Below are positions 1-10,417 of a stretch of 64,000 bases of DNA, one piece after another; within the stretch, counting starts at the first letter, position 1; each line of letters opens with the position of its first letter. This DNA comes from Acidimicrobiia bacterium. GTDB taxonomy: Bacteria > Actinomycetota > Acidimicrobiia > Spongiisociales > CAZKJJ01. The notes under the pieces are model-generated. The model worked only from the letters and a program-made list of their open reading frames with translations. It did no database searches and was not told the DNA's origin. The stretch covers positions 125 to 64,124 of the forward strand of contig JBHICV010000001.1 of the NCBI GenBank assembly GCA_046759765.1. Reading direction: 5' to 3'. The translations under genes and the position numbers were made by a program.

Positions 1-169
1 AATATCTCTTCGAGCATCTCGACGCGCTCCTCGGCGGTGAAGGCAGGGCTCTTGGAGGGATTGCGGATGACGGCGACGACGACATGGTCGAAGACGGAGA
101 CCGTTCGCATGATTACGTCGACGTGGCCTTTGGTGGGCGGATCGAAGCTGCCGGGGCACAAGGCGGTGG

Positions 170-706
170 TCATCGGGTGTCTTTCTGATAGCGAAACAGT
201 TCGTCGTCCCCATACCGGCGACGTGAGACTAGATGTAGGCCTGAAGGCGGCTTGGGAGGGTCTTCGCCCACCCTCCGACGTACAACCACGGTAGCTCCCG
301 GCGCCAGCCGCGGCTCCAGTTCCGACATGACCTCTATTACGGAAGCTAGCGACTCCGCATATGGGGGGTCAACGAAGGCGAGATCGAATGTCTGCGACGA
401 GCGACGCAGGAAAGCTCCTACGGACGAAGCGAGGACGGTTCCCCCGAGACTGAGCTCCCGCACATTCGTTTCAAGGGCATCGACTGCGTCGGGCGATCGA
501 TCGACAAACGTCGCCGATCGAGCCCCACGACTGAGCGCCTCCAGCCCAAGGGATCCGGAGCCTGCGTACAGGTCGAGCACTCGGGCACCCTCGATCGGCC
601 CGAGGCTCGAGAAGAGCCCCTCTCGAGCCCGGGCGGTCATGGGCCGCGTGTCCTGAGAGGGAACCCGAAGAGACCTTCTCTTCGCCTTGCCCGCGATGAT
701 CCTCAT
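170..706 (-). CDS. rsmD: 16S rRNA (guanine966-N2)-methyltransferase RsmD
   Basis: 178-aa ORF with SAM-methyltransferase motifs [16 protein letters not shown] and DPPY typical of RsmD. Lies just downstream of recG on the same strand, the conserved recG-rsmD arrangement. Confidence 0.8.
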   Translation of the reverse strand: MRIIAGKAKRRSLRVPSQDTRPMTARAREGLFSSLGPIEGARVLDLYAGSGSLGLEALSRGARSATFVDRSPDAVDALETNVRELSLGGTVLASSVGAFLRRSSQTFDLAFVDPPYAESLASVIEVMSELEPRLAPGATVVVRRRVGEDPPKPPSGLHLVSRRRYGDDELFRYQKDTR

Positions 707-2850
707 GAGATCGAGAGCCAGCCGGCTTCGGTGCCGACGAGAGCCCGCACCTCGTCGACGATCTCGGTGTGGTTCAAGAGACGTGGATCAGCGGCGACGA
801 GTCCGAAGGCCTCCCGACGCGCCTTGGTGAGCATGTCAACGTCGCGGAGAATGTCGGCGAGCTTAAGGTCGGTGGCGCCCGACTGTTTGGCGCCGAAGAC
901 GGTCCCTTGCCCTCTGATCCGCAGGTCCTCCTCTGCCAGGGCAAACCCATCGTTGGTGGCAACCATCGCCTGAATCCGCGCCTGGGCTTCGACTGTGGCG
1001 GGGTCGGTCAGCAGGATGCAGCTCGAGGCTGCCGTGCCCCGGCCGACTCGGCCGCGGAGCTGATGGAGCTGGCTCAGTCCGAAACGCTCCGCGTCCTCGA
1101 TGATCATGAGGGTTGCATTGGGAACGTCGATGCCCACTTCGATCACGGTCGTCGCTACCAGGACGGCGAGGTCTCCTGCTCGGAATGACGCCATGACCTC
1201 TTCTTTGTCACGGGGTCGCATCTGGCCGTGGAGCAGTCCCACATTCAGGTCGGCCAGTTCTTTCTGCAGACGCTGGTAGGACGCAGTGGCGGAGGCCGCC
1301 TGGACCTTGGGGCTGTCGTCGACGAGCGGACACACGACGAAGGTCTGATGGCCGGCCGCGGCTTCGGTCCGAATTCGGTCGTAGACCTCGTCGACCTGGT
1401 TCCACGAAAGAGTTTGTGTCCGAACGGGTGACCGGCCGGGCGGCATCTCGTCCAGGAGGGTGACGTCGAGGTCGCCGTAGAGCGTCATCGCCAGCGTCCT
1501 CGGAATCGGCGTGGCGGTCATGATCAGCAGATCGGGATCGGCATCCTGGGCTTTCTCTTTCAGCTTGACGCGCTGATGCACGCCAAAACGATGTTGCTCG
1601 TCAACTACCGCCACTCCGAGCTGAGCGAAGTGGACCCCTTCTTGTATCAGTGCGTGAGTGCCAACGACGATGTCGATCTCTCCCTTGGCGATCCAGGACA
1701 GGACCTCCTCTCGCGATGATGAGCCGAGTTCCCTGAAGTTGACTTCAGCTCGGCTGGAGGTGAGTAGGCCCAGCGTGACCGATCTTTCGGAGTGAGCCTC
1801 AAAAAGCGACCCGGAGGTGGGGCGGAGTCCGGCCATCTCCAGGAGATGTCGAATGGCCAGGTAGTGCTGCTCGGCGAGCACCTCGGTCGGCGCCATGACC
1901 GCCCCTTGATATGAGCCCTCCACGGCAATGAGCAGCGCGGCCACCGCCACCACCGTCTTGCCGGACCCCACCTCACCCTGAAGTAGCCGATGCATCGGAT
2001 GGGATGCGGCCAGGTCGCGCTGAAGCTCCGCAATCGATCTCTGCTGGGCGGAGGTCAAAGTGAAGGGAAGACCCGAGATGAAGGCTTCGACCAGCTCACC
2101 GGCCGGTTCGTGGGCGATGCCGACCGCTTCGTCGATGACCTGCTGTTTGGAGATCGCCAGAGCTATCTCCAGTCGAAACAGCTCGTCGAATACGAGCCGA
2201 CGCCTGGCGTCGGAAACGACGTCCAGAGACTCGGGAAAGTGAATGTTCGAGAGGGCCTGATCGCGATCGACCAGCTGAAGGCGCTGGAGGATGTCGCTCG
2301 GGATCGGGTCGGAGACGGGACGGCTGCGCTTGAGGGCGTTGTGTATGGCCCGGCGAAGGTCCCACGGCGCGACCTTCGCCGCCCTCGGGTGGACGGGGAC
2401 CACGCGGCCGGTGGCAATCGCCTCCCGTGAGAGCTTGTCCACCGCCGGACTGTTCATCTGGAGCCGGCCACGGAAGCGCTCCACCTTGCCGAACACGGCT
2501 ACCTCGGTCCCAGGTGGGAACTGGTCCTTCCGGTACGGCTGGTTGAACCAGACGACCCACAGATAACCGGTTCCGTCAAACAGAATCGCCTCTACGAGAG
2601 TGAGATTCCGCCGTGGGCGACGGGAGTTCACCTCGGTGACCTCGGCCACGACCGTCACCTCCTCCCCCTCGCGAACGTCACGCAGCGGCAGGGTGGTCCG
2701 CCGATCGATGTAGCGGCGCGGAACGTGCAGAAGGAGATCGGCTACCGACGAAATCCCCTCCTGCTGGAGCGCTTGGCCGCGGGCACCCCCCAATCCCTTC
2801 ACCTTGGTGACGGGAACGTCGGCTAGATAAGCGAGACTCCGGCCGCTCAC
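703..2850 (-). CDS. recG: ATP-dependent DNA helicase RecG
   Basis: 715-aa ORF with Walker A GSGKT, DEQHRFG (motif II) and an N-terminal wedge/OB region; RecG-like length and architecture. Confidence 0.9.
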   Translation of the reverse strand: MSGRSLAYLADVPVTKVKGLGGARGQALQQEGISSVADLLLHVPRRYIDRRTTLPLRDVREGEEVTVVAEVTEVNSRRPRRNLTLVEAILFDGTGYLWVVWFNQPYRKDQFPPGTEVAVFGKVERFRGRLQMNSPAVDKLSREAIATGRVVPVHPRAAKVAPWDLRRAIHNALKRSRPVSDPIPSDILQRLQLVDRDQALSNIHFPESLDVVSDARRRLVFDELFRLEIALAISKQQVIDEAVGIAHEPAGELVEAFISGLPFTLTSAQQRSIAELQRDLAASHPMHRLLQGEVGSGKTVVAVAALLIAVEGSYQGAVMAPTEVLAEQHYLAIRHLLEMAGLRPTSGSLFEAHSERSVTLGLLTSSRAEVNFRELGSSSREEVLSWIAKGEIDIVVGTHALIQEGVHFAQLGVAVVDEQHRFGVHQRVKLKEKAQDADPDLLIMTATPIPRTLAMTLYGDLDVTLLDEMPPGRSPVRTQTLSWNQVDEVYDRIRTEAAAGHQTFVVCPLVDDSPKVQAASATASYQRLQKELADLNVGLLHGQMRPRDKEEVMASFRAGDLAVLVATTVIEVGIDVPNATLMIIEDAERFGLSQLHQLRGRVGRGTAASSCILLTDPATVEAQARIQAMVATNDGFALAEEDLRIRGQGTVFGAKQSGATDLKLADILRDVDMLTKARREAFGLVAADPRLLNHTEIVDEVRALVGTEAGWLSIS

Positions 2851-4307
2851 TCGACAGATATGTAGTAGGCGTACACAGGCTGCTCCCCGATCGCGGTTTC
2901 CGTAGCGGTTTGTGGGCGATTCACCTCGAGCCAGCCGAGCGCCTGCTCGGTGGCGTCGTTTTCTGCCTCAAGGCCGAGAATCATCGTCACTAGCTCTGCT
3001 TGGGGAGGAACGATACGTTCCAGCAGTGATAAGAGGGCTTCCGCCGGCGTCCCTCCGGCCGCCAGCACCTCCTCCGCAGACCGTCCGATCCAATCGCCTT
3101 CTGCCACCTCACGGACGGTCCCGTCGGTGATCCTCGCTGCCGCTTCCGTCATGCGTCTGAGTGTCTCGGCTGCCTCGAGTTCCGGCTGGTAGGCGACCAT
3201 GGCGGCAATCCCCTCCGTCATAGATCGCGTCGGAACGAGATGGACTCGCTTGGGAGTCAGGCCATCGACGAGAGCAGCAGCCGGGAGAACGTCCGGGTGA
3301 TTGGGAAGGAGAACAACTTCTGAAGCCGGCGCAACTTCGACTCCGGCCAGCAGCTCGCTCGTGGAAGGGTTGAGCGCAGCCCCTCCCTTTACCACCGCTT
3401 GGGCGCCGAGCTGCCGGAAGGTCTCCACCAGGCCCCGCCCTTCGACCACGGCCACCACCCCGATGTCAGCCGCCGCGGAGCCGGGAATCGGTTGGAAGGA
3501 GAGATCCCGTAGGTCATTGACTTCAATGTCGTGAGCACGGCCGACGTCCAGTGCGGCTTCGATCGCGGGCCCAACACTGCTGGTGTGGAGGTGGCATTTG
3601 TATGCCCCGGGAACGCCGACTGTCACGACCGAGTCCCCGAGCGAACTCCATTTGTCGCGCAACTCTGAGATTCCCGTCTCGTTCGCGTCTAAGAGAAGTA
3701 TTACCTCGAAGAACGGCTCATCTGCCGCCGCGATGGTCCCGGCCGGCACTGCTCTGAGCAGGTCATCCGGGAGCGCCGGGGACTCGCCTCCAGCTTCCTC
3801 AGCGAAAGCCGCTAATAGGAGCAAGACTCCCGCCCCGCCGGCATCCACCACTCCCGCCTCGCGCAGGACTGGGAGCAGCTCGGGCGTCCGACGAAGCGCC
3901 AGCTCGCCTTGCTCATAGGCGGCGTCGAGCACGGCTGATTCAGCGCCGGCATGAGCGGCCCGCTGGGCTGCTCGAGCTGCCTCCCTGATCACCGTCAGCA
4001 TCGTGCCCTCTTGAGGGCGGAGAACCGAGGAGTAAGCCTCGTCGGCGCCGTCTGCCAGCGCGCTCGCCATTGCCTGGGCGTTCAGGCTCTCCTCGGCTCG
4101 GAGCCGGTTCGTGATCCCGCGCAGGATCTGACTGAGAATCACGCCGCTGTTGCCTCGAGCCCCCATCAGCGAGCCGTGCGCGACCGCGTCGCAAACATCT
4201 GCCAATTCCGAGATGCCCTCGACCTCCGAAGCAATAGCTGACGCAGTGAGAGCAAGGTTGGTGCCCGTGTCGCCGTCGGGCACGGGGTAGACGTTGAGGC
4301 GGTTCAA
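2847..4307 (-). CDS. DAK2 domain-containing protein (YloV/DegV-like fusion)
   Basis: 486-aa ORF starting [18 protein letters not shown] (DAK2/dihydroxyacetone kinase L-subunit-like motif). Conserved neighbour of recG and divergent from rpmB in Gram-positive bacteria. Overlaps the recG start by 4 nt. Confidence 0.75.
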   Translation of the reverse strand: MNRLNVYPVPDGDTGTNLALTASAIASEVEGISELADVCDAVAHGSLMGARGNSGVILSQILRGITNRLRAEESLNAQAMASALADGADEAYSSVLRPQEGTMLTVIREAARAAQRAAHAGAESAVLDAAYEQGELALRRTPELLPVLREAGVVDAGGAGVLLLLAAFAEEAGGESPALPDDLLRAVPAGTIAAADEPFFEVILLLDANETGISELRDKWSSLGDSVVTVGVPGAYKCHLHTSSVGPAIEAALDVGRAHDIEVNDLRDLSFQPIPGSAAADIGVVAVVEGRGLVETFRQLGAQAVVKGGAALNPSTSELLAGVEVAPASEVVLLPNHPDVLPAAALVDGLTPKRVHLVPTRSMTEGIAAMVAYQPELEAAETLRRMTEAAARITDGTVREVAEGDWIGRSAEEVLAAGGTPAEALLSLLERIVPPQAELVTMILGLEAENDATEQALGWLEVNRPQTATETAIGEQPVYAYYISVE

Positions 4308-4453
4308 CGCCGTCCGATAGTGGTCGACGTGACTGCGGAATAGCCGGATGACTGCTACCAGCGTCTCCCCTGTGACGGCTGCCCTCCCCTGCGGGGCCGA
4401 TGAGTATATGTAGGGTCCCTGCTAGCCTTGCGGCCGCCTCGAGGTTTCCCCCG

Positions 4454-4642
4454 ATGTCCTATCGATGTGAGATATGCGGTAAAGAGCCGTCCTTCGGTCG
4501 CAACGTGACGTTCTCGCACAAGCGAACGCCGCGCCGCTGGTTACCCAATATTCAGCGCGTGCGAGTCCGCCACGGGTCGAACAGCCGCCGCATCCGCGTC
4601 TGTACGTCTTGTCTCCGCGCCGGCAAGGTCGAAAAGGCCTGA
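4454..4642 (+). CDS. rpmB: 50S ribosomal protein L28
   Basis: Internal ATG start of the 4400..4642 ORF gives MSYRCEICGKEPSFGRNVTFSHKRTPRRWLPNIQRVRV..., similar to L28 (MSRVCQVTGK...NRSHA...RRFLPNL). RBS-like cgagg sits upstream. Confidence 0.8.
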   Translation: MSYRCEICGKEPSFGRNVTFSHKRTPRRWLPNIQRVRVRHGSNSRRIRVCTSCLRAGKVEKA

Positions 4643-4646
4643 ACGT

Positions 4647-4750
4647 TCTTGTGTCGTTTGAGCACCGTATCGGTAGTTGAACGTCACAAGAATCCCGGGC
4701 GAGATTTCTTGTGTCATTTGACGACCGTATGGGTAGTTGAGCGTCACAAA
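4647..4750. repeat. Two 44-bp imperfect-palindromic direct repeats at 60-bp period, between rpmB and the cold-shock gene
   Basis: ttcttgtgtcgtttgagcaccgtatcggtagttgaacgtcacaag at 4647-4690 and ttcttgtgtcatttgacgaccgtatgggtagttgagcgtcacaaa at 4707-4750. The outer arms CTTGTGTC/GTCACAAG are inverted repeats. Confidence 0.7.
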
Positions 4751-4775
4751 GACGGGGGCGACTACGCTCGGAGGC

Positions 4776-4988
4776 GTGCAAGGCGTGGTCGAGATCTACG
4801 ACCCCAAGACCGGTGCCGGTGTCATTGTTCGCGACGCCGACCGACAACCTGTCTACCTGCGAGCGGGATCGCTGGACGGCAGCCTCTTCCGAACGCTGCG
4901 ACAAGGACAACGGGTCACATTCGAGACCGTCGACGACGAAGGGGGGCCTTACGCGGCTTCCGTGCGACTCGGCTCGGAAGGACAGTGA
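4776..4988 (+). CDS. Cold-shock domain protein (CspA family)
   Basis: GTG start preceded by ggagg. 70 aa, VQGVVEIYDPKTGAGVIVRDADRQPVYLRAGSL...QRVTFE..., matching the CSD pattern (KWFN..KGFGFI...VFVH..I...G...L.EGQ.V.F). Confidence 0.65.
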   Translation: MQGVVEIYDPKTGAGVIVRDADRQPVYLRAGSLDGSLFRTLRQGQRVTFETVDDEGGPYAASVRLGSEGQ

Positions 4989-5027
4989 TCCGACCGTTAT
5001 AGTCCTCGCCAAAGCGAAGGAGGGTTC

Positions 5028-5261
5028 GTGGTTCAGGCGTACGTGCTCATCCAGACAGAGGTGGGCAAGGCCGCCCAGGTGGCAGACGAAGTCCGCAAGA
5101 TCCCAGGAGTCGAATCGGCCGATGACGTCACCGGCCCCTACGACGTGATCGTGAGAGTCTCAGCTGATGACGTCGATGCGCTCGGAAAGCTGGTTGTCGC
5201 CCGGGTGCAAGGGATCGAGGGGATCGTCCGAACCCTCACCTGCCCGATCGTTCACCTCTAG
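5028..5261 (+). CDS. Lrp/AsnC ligand-binding (RAM) domain protein
   Basis: 77 aa with GTG start after aaggagg. The sequence resembles stand-alone AsnC-type RAM domains (VLIQTEVGKAAQVADEVRKIPGVESADDVTGPYDVIVRV). Confidence 0.55.
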   Translation: MVQAYVLIQTEVGKAAQVADEVRKIPGVESADDVTGPYDVIVRVSADDVDALGKLVVARVQGIEGIVRTLTCPIVHL

Positions 5262-6343
5262 CCGAGCTTTTGGGCGATCGTGGCCGCGCTCTGCAGCGCG
5301 GTGCCGTCCGCACCCACTGCTGTGAACTGGCGGGCTGGCTCCCCCTCCGCCTCCGCGAGCATGCCCGACAACAGCTCGAATCTGGATAAGGGGGGATCGA
5401 TCCACAGGTAAGCGGCCAGGCTCCCTGGGATCGTGTTCACCTCGTTGACCCATATGTCTTCGGCACGCACGAGGAAGTCGATCCGGGCCACCGACCGCAA
5501 CGCCGCCACCCGGGCCACCTGCTCGGCGTAGGCGCGTATCCGGGTTTCGATGCTCGACGGAAGCACCGCCGGCAGCTCCCGCTCCGAACCTTCGAGGCCC
5601 CCTCCGGAGAGATATTTCTGGTCGTAGCTGTATATCGGACCGCCCTCGGGCCGGGCGGGCGCTTCCAGAGCCGACAGCTCGAGCTTGGGGTAGGTGCGCA
5701 CAGCGACGTTGACGTCCCTGCTCCCCGAGATAAACGGCTCGGCGACCGCTCCGTCGCGCATCAGCGGTGACGTAGCGGCCAGTTCAACCGCGGTGGCGTA
5801 GTCCGAGACGACCTCGATGCCGATCGACGAACCGCCAAAGCGGGGCTTGACGATGAAAGGGGGCTCGAAGGACGGACTCTCGGCATCTGCATCAACCAGC
5901 TGCCTCGGCAGCGTAGGCAGCCCAGACGCCACCGCGACGGCCGCGAAGGCGAGTTTGTCCATACCCAGCGCCGAGGCAGATGCGCTGGGGCCCGTGTACC
6001 GAATCCCGGCGAGGTCGAAAGCGGCCTGCAAGGAGCCATCCTCCCCGGGGCCTCCGTGGCAGGCATTGAGAACCACCCCGATCTCGATTCGCTTACGCCC
6101 CCTCGAGAAACCCCCACCGGTCTCGGCGCGGAACGAGACCGTGCTCGATTTGGGCGGGGGCCCTTCGACAAAGTCGGCAGCCTCCAGCATCGGGTCGACC
6201 TCGTGCCAAGTGCCGGCTTTGCTCCAGTAGAGCGCGATGGCGGAAGTCCCGCCTTCGACCAGGGTTCGAGCGGCCTGCAGCCCGGTGAGAATGCTGATGT
6301 CGTGTTCGGGAGAGGGTCCGCCGAAGACAACCACGTGTGTCAT
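5258..6343 (-). CDS. ddl: D-alanine--D-alanine ligase
   Basis: ATP-grasp Ddl motifs: MTHVVVFGGPSPEHDISILTG start and the conserved C-terminal NEVNTIPG. The N-terminal extension of the 439-aa ORF is rejected; the internal ATG gives 361 aa. Confidence 0.85.
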   Translation of the reverse strand: MTHVVVFGGPSPEHDISILTGLQAARTLVEGGTSAIALYWSKAGTWHEVDPMLEAADFVEGPPPKSSTVSFRAETGGGFSRGRKRIEIGVVLNACHGGPGEDGSLQAAFDLAGIRYTGPSASASALGMDKLAFAAVAVASGLPTLPRQLVDADAESPSFEPPFIVKPRFGGSSIGIEVVSDYATAVELAATSPLMRDGAVAEPFISGSRDVNVAVRTYPKLELSALEAPARPEGGPIYSYDQKYLSGGGLEGSERELPAVLPSSIETRIRAYAEQVARVAALRSVARIDFLVRAEDIWVNEVNTIPGSLAAYLWIDPPLSRFELLSGMLAEAEGEPARQFTAVGADGTALQSAATIAQKLG

Positions 6344-6353
6344 GGGAAAGCTC

Positions 6354-7838
6354 TCACGGGTAGTGGTCGGGAAGATCGTTCTCGTAGAGAACGATGTCGC
6401 CCGGCCCCAGGTTGTTGCGAGCCCATTCGACTGCTTCCGTGCGTGATCGCACCAACTTAACCTTCGCTCCCCTCTCCCGAGCTCCTTCGGCCAGCGACCG
6501 CCGGTTGGTTTTTCCAACAACCACAACGTCTGTGGCAACAAGAGCCGCGGCTTCCGCGAATTCTCTGTTGGCCGCATTCTGTCGGGATCCCAACTCGACC
6601 ATGCCCGGCGTCACCACGACCCGGCGGCCCTTGCGGCCTTCGAGCAATGAGAGAGCTGCGAGCGCGCCCGCGGGGTTGGAGTTGTATGTGTCGTCGATGA
6701 TGGCAAAGCCGCTTCGCCCTACCGCCAATTGACGCCGATGGGGAGGAGCGGCAACCTCCGCGATCGCGGCGAGGTCGGGCACTGCCGCCAGGGCCCGAGC
6801 TACACCGACAGCGCAGGCAAGGTTTCCCGGAAAAAGCGGGGCCTCGGCGAGCCGGCCCATCTCATCTCCGGCCACGAGGATCTGCCCATTGGTGGCTCCC
6901 ACGTAGACGTCGGCGTCGGAGTCCTGCGATGAGCAAGTGAGCACTCCGTCGTAGGAGCCGGCCAAGTCAGCCAGTTCCGGGCTGTCGATATTGAGCACGA
7001 TCGTCTCGGCACCCTCCAGGATCTCGGCCTTGGCGGTCACTATCCGCTCCAGCGAACCGAACCGCTCCAGATGCACGGGACCGATACCGGTGATGACCGA
7101 TACCCGGGGTCGGAGCCAGGAAACGAGCTGTTCGAGCTCGCCCGGGCCGTACGTCCCCATCTCTGCTACGAAAACGTCGGTTCCGAGCGCCAGGTGCTCG
7201 TTGATAGCGCGTGAGAGACCCAGCTCGTTGTTGAAGGAAGCCGGGCTCGCTACCACTTGGTAGCGCCCCGATAGGAGTTGGGCTGTGAACGCTTTAGTGG
7301 TCGTCTTGCCATAAGAGCCAGTGATGGCAACCACCAGAGGCTCAACCTCCGAGAGACGGTTCTTGGCCTGTTCGACCCACACGCGGCTCAGGCGACGCTC
7401 CATAGGAGCTAGAACGCCGAGGGCGCCGTCAAGCACTAACGGCAACAACAGGAGCACGCCTGCAGCTAGAGGGGCAACCACGTCGAGAAGTGCCCCGACG
7501 GCCGCGGCGAGAAGCACAAGAGACGCTACGAAGATGCCGAGCCGTCGAAGTCGGTTCGTCCACCGAAGAGGCGAAGACACCCCTCTAACCGGCAAGCCGA
7601 CGGGCCCGACCGCGCCAACGAGGCAACTCGCCAGAGCCGCCACCGGCCATCGAGTCGAGAGCACCAGGCCGGCAACGCCAATGATCAACAGAGCCGGATT
7701 GGGGCCAAACGACCACCAGCGCAAGGCGAATCGCCAGACACGGCCCGAGGAATAGTGTTCCCGCTGGGCAACTCGGAGCCAACGGAGTCCGGCGGGAACG
7801 AGGGCAGCCGCGAAAGCGACAATCACCGCCACGCTCAT
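6354..7838 (-). CDS. murF: MurF-like Mur ligase (UDP-MurNAc-pentapeptide synthetase family) with N-terminal membrane domain
   Basis: ITGSYGKTTTK P-loop, SFNNELGLS and DDTYNSNP are MurF-type signatures. About 150 N-terminal residues form 3-4 hydrophobic helices instead of the usual UDP-binding domain. The start overlaps the upstream hydrolase stop (ATGA). Confidence 0.65.
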   Translation of the reverse strand: MSVAVIVAFAAALVPAGLRWLRVAQREHYSSGRVWRFALRWWSFGPNPALLIIGVAGLVLSTRWPVAALASCLVGAVGPVGLPVRGVSSPLRWTNRLRRLGIFVASLVLLAAAVGALLDVVAPLAAGVLLLLPLVLDGALGVLAPMERRLSRVWVEQAKNRLSEVEPLVVAITGSYGKTTTKAFTAQLLSGRYQVVASPASFNNELGLSRAINEHLALGTDVFVAEMGTYGPGELEQLVSWLRPRVSVITGIGPVHLERFGSLERIVTAKAEILEGAETIVLNIDSPELADLAGSYDGVLTCSSQDSDADVYVGATNGQILVAGDEMGRLAEAPLFPGNLACAVGVARALAAVPDLAAIAEVAAPPHRRQLAVGRSGFAIIDDTYNSNPAGALAALSLLEGRKGRRVVVTPGMVELGSRQNAANREFAEAAALVATDVVVVGKTNRRSLAEGARERGAKVKLVRSRTEAVEWARNNLGPGDIVLYENDLPDHYP

Positions 7839-8584
7839 ATCAATCTCTCCAAGACGGCGCGGAGATCCTGCGGTGCCTCGCGCGGCAATTGATGACCCAC
7901 GCCTGGCAAGACCGTCAGCTCGGATGTTGGGATCAGGCGGCGGGCCTGCTCCGCGACGTCTAGTGGAACCTCCTCGTCATCCGAACCCCATATGAGCTCG
8001 ACTGGGCAGGTCAGCTGATCGAGCTCGTCCTCGTAAGACTCGGAGAGGACTCGGACGAGCACGTCGCGCATGACGCCTCGTGCCGCCCGATAGTCGGCGG
8101 AGCCGTATTTTTGCCGCACGGCCTCCATCCGTTCGCTGCTTACGGCCCCCACCTGGTGGAGGCTCTTCCACACTCGGAACCGCAGTGAGGGCCCCGTTCC
8201 GCCGAGCTGCACCAGCGGAACGCCCACCAGGACCAGGGCACGCACCTGGTTGTCTAATGCCAGCCGAAGCGCGACTCGCCCACCGAACGAGTGTCCGAGC
8301 AAGATCGGCGGATCCACGAAGTCGCCTAGGACTGGTGTGCACACGGCCGCGTATCCGGTGGTTCCCATGGGGGCCTCGGGCGCCGGGGACGCCCCAAAAC
8401 CAGGCAGGTCAACCGCCACGGCATCGACCCCCCGGAGGGCTTCATGAAAGTCAGTACGGTCACGGCCCCATCCATGAAGGGCAAGGACTTCCGGTGGACC
8501 CGTGTCGAACCGCTCACCGAAGAGGGCGCCGTAGTTCTTAAGCACCATCAGAACGCTCAGGTCACGGTCTCTCGCCGCCGACAC
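7835..8584 (-). CDS. Alpha/beta-fold hydrolase
   Basis: 249 aa with HGWGRD and the nucleophile elbow GHSFGG. Confidence 0.7.
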   Translation of the reverse strand: MSAARDRDLSVLMVLKNYGALFGERFDTGPPEVLALHGWGRDRTDFHEALRGVDAVAVDLPGFGASPAPEAPMGTTGYAAVCTPVLGDFVDPPILLGHSFGGRVALRLALDNQVRALVLVGVPLVQLGGTGPSLRFRVWKSLHQVGAVSSERMEAVRQKYGSADYRAARGVMRDVLVRVLSESYEDELDQLTCPVELIWGSDDEEVPLDVAEQARRLIPTSELTVLPGVGHQLPREAPQDLRAVLERLI

Positions 8585-8631
8585 AACCGACTAGGGGCCG
8601 ATCGAGCATAACGGAGCACCGAAGAAGCACC

Positions 8632-10417
8632 ATGACTCAAGATCCGTTGCCTCCGTTCCGTAGCCGAACAGTGCGGCTGGCCACGCACGTCGGCTGGCTG
8701 GCTCTCGGAGCCAGTTTGGTCGCCGCCTGGGGCGTGGACGCCCTCAGCGATGCTCGCCTGCTGTCGGCCTTCGCCGCGGCCGCCGCCTCTCTGATCATCA
8801 TCTGGACCCTTCAGTGGCGTAACGCGCTTCGAGGTCGTCACGGCACCGTTGCGCTTGGGGTTTGGGCCGTTCTCGGCATTCTCGTAGTCGCGACGGTAGG
8901 GCTGGTGCCACAGATGACGGGACCCGCATTCCTGCTCTCGTTCTATGTGGTGTCATTCTCGGGGCTCCTGAGCCAGCCCGTCTACCACGCGGCCATAACC
9001 GGAGGTATCACCCTTGGCTACGCACTCGGTGCTGTCGTAAACACCAGGGAGCCGGTGTCCGCGGTCGTCGTTACTTCGGTAGCGATTCTCATTGTGGGCG
9101 CCGTGGGCGGTCTGGCCAGTACACGACTGCGCCGCCAGGTGGCGGCTCGGCAATCTCTCGATCACGAGCTGCAAAAGCGAGATCTGGCGCCTATACGAGG
9201 TGATCACGACCCTCACCACCGGCTCGAGCCTTCGCCTTGCCCTGCCGGAGCTGGTCGGCCGTATCGGAAGGTACTTTCGGGCGCAAGTAGGCCTAGTTGC
9301 CCTGCACAACCCGGAGAACGCCAGCCTCGAGGTCGTCAGCCCGATCTGGACCGCGGGCTACTCGCTCGAGATCGACCGATACATACTTCCTCTCACCGGC
9401 TCGGGTGAGATCGAGCAGACTTTCGTCTCCGAAACGGCGGCGCTGTACCACGACATGACGGGAGACCCCGACGCTCATTCGATTCTGGGCGAACTCGGGG
9501 CGAGAAGCGCCATGTGCGTTCCGCTCCGCGTGGAAAACCGAACAATCGGGGTGCTGGTTCTGGCCGACAAGGAGGAGAACGACTTTGACACCCAGGATCT
9601 CGACGCACTGACGTCACTCTCGGGACCAGCGGCACTGGTAGTTGCGCAGCTAGAGCGAATCGAAGAGGCGGCGCAGTCGACCCGCCGGATGGAGGAGCTC
9701 GCCCGGATGAAGAGCGACTTCGTCTCCGTAGTCAGCCATGAGCTGCGGACACCACTCACGTCCATCATCGGCTCCTTGGCGACACTTTCCCGCTCCGAGC
9801 TCGCGCCCGCCACCAAGCAAGGCCGCGAGCTACTGGCATCGGCCCGAACACAAGGCGACCGGCTTCGTCGGCTGATCGAAGACCTCCTTACGGCTTCGCG
9901 CCTCGAACACGGAGGGCTACCGCGAACCCCGGCGGAGATCGATCTGCGCGCATTCCTCCGAGAGGTAGTCCAAACCATCCCCACCGAGGGAAGGCGCATC
10001 TCCATCGACGTTCAGGAAGGAGCTGAATATATAGTCGCCGACTCCGATCACCTCTCGCGGATCATCATCAATCTGGTCGACAACGCCTTGAAGTATGCAG
10101 GATCGAGCCCGATCGAGATCGTGTCCGCTCGTAAGGGGAAGAGGCTCGTTCTGTCGATCATCGATCACGGATCGGGCATCCAGCTACAGGAGCAAGAACA
10201 CGCCTTCGAACGCTTCACTCAGCTCGAGCCGGCACAGACCAGATCACAGGGCGGCGCAGGCCTGGGCCTCTCGATCGTCAACGGGCTGGTCAAGGGTATG
10301 GGGGGAACACTCGAGCTGCGGGAGACGCCTGGTGGCGGCGCTTCGTTTATCGTCGAGCTATCCACCGGGATAGTCAGCGACCCAGGCGACTTGGTTACTC
10401 AGACTCCACTCCGCTGA
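8632..10417 (+). CDS. Sensor histidine kinase (multi-TM N-terminus, GAF, HisKA, HATPase_c); apparent frameshift near 9173-9176
   Basis: Frame 1 (8632-) encodes about 5 TM helices ending ...LDHELQKR. Frame 2 continues with ...EIWRLYEVITTL (GAF), the H-box HELRTPLTSI and the N/G boxes (NLVDNALKYA, GGAGLGLSIV). Deleting one A from the AAAA at 9173-9176 restores a single 590-aa ORF. Confidence 0.6.

Noticed and set aside
4422-5012. 196-aa minus-strand ORF spanning the rpmB-csp region
   Set aside because: It is antisense to rpmB, the repeat region and csp, has no recognisable motif, and shows the Arg/Ser-rich composition typical of a high-GC antisense frame.
5258-6577. 439-aa version of ddl with 78-residue N-terminal extension
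   Set aside because: The extension is Arg/Trp-rich and would overlap the MurF-like gene by over 200 nt. The internal ATG gives the canonical Ddl N-terminus MTHVVVFGG and a 361-aa protein.
8632-10417. Treating ORFs 8632..9408 and 9092..10417 as two independent genes
   Set aside because: The first 30 codons of the second ORF (MWAPWAVWPVHDCAARW...) look non-coding, while the first ORF reads sensibly up to the A4 run. A single-base correction joins them into a canonical TM-GAF-HisKA-HATPase kinase.
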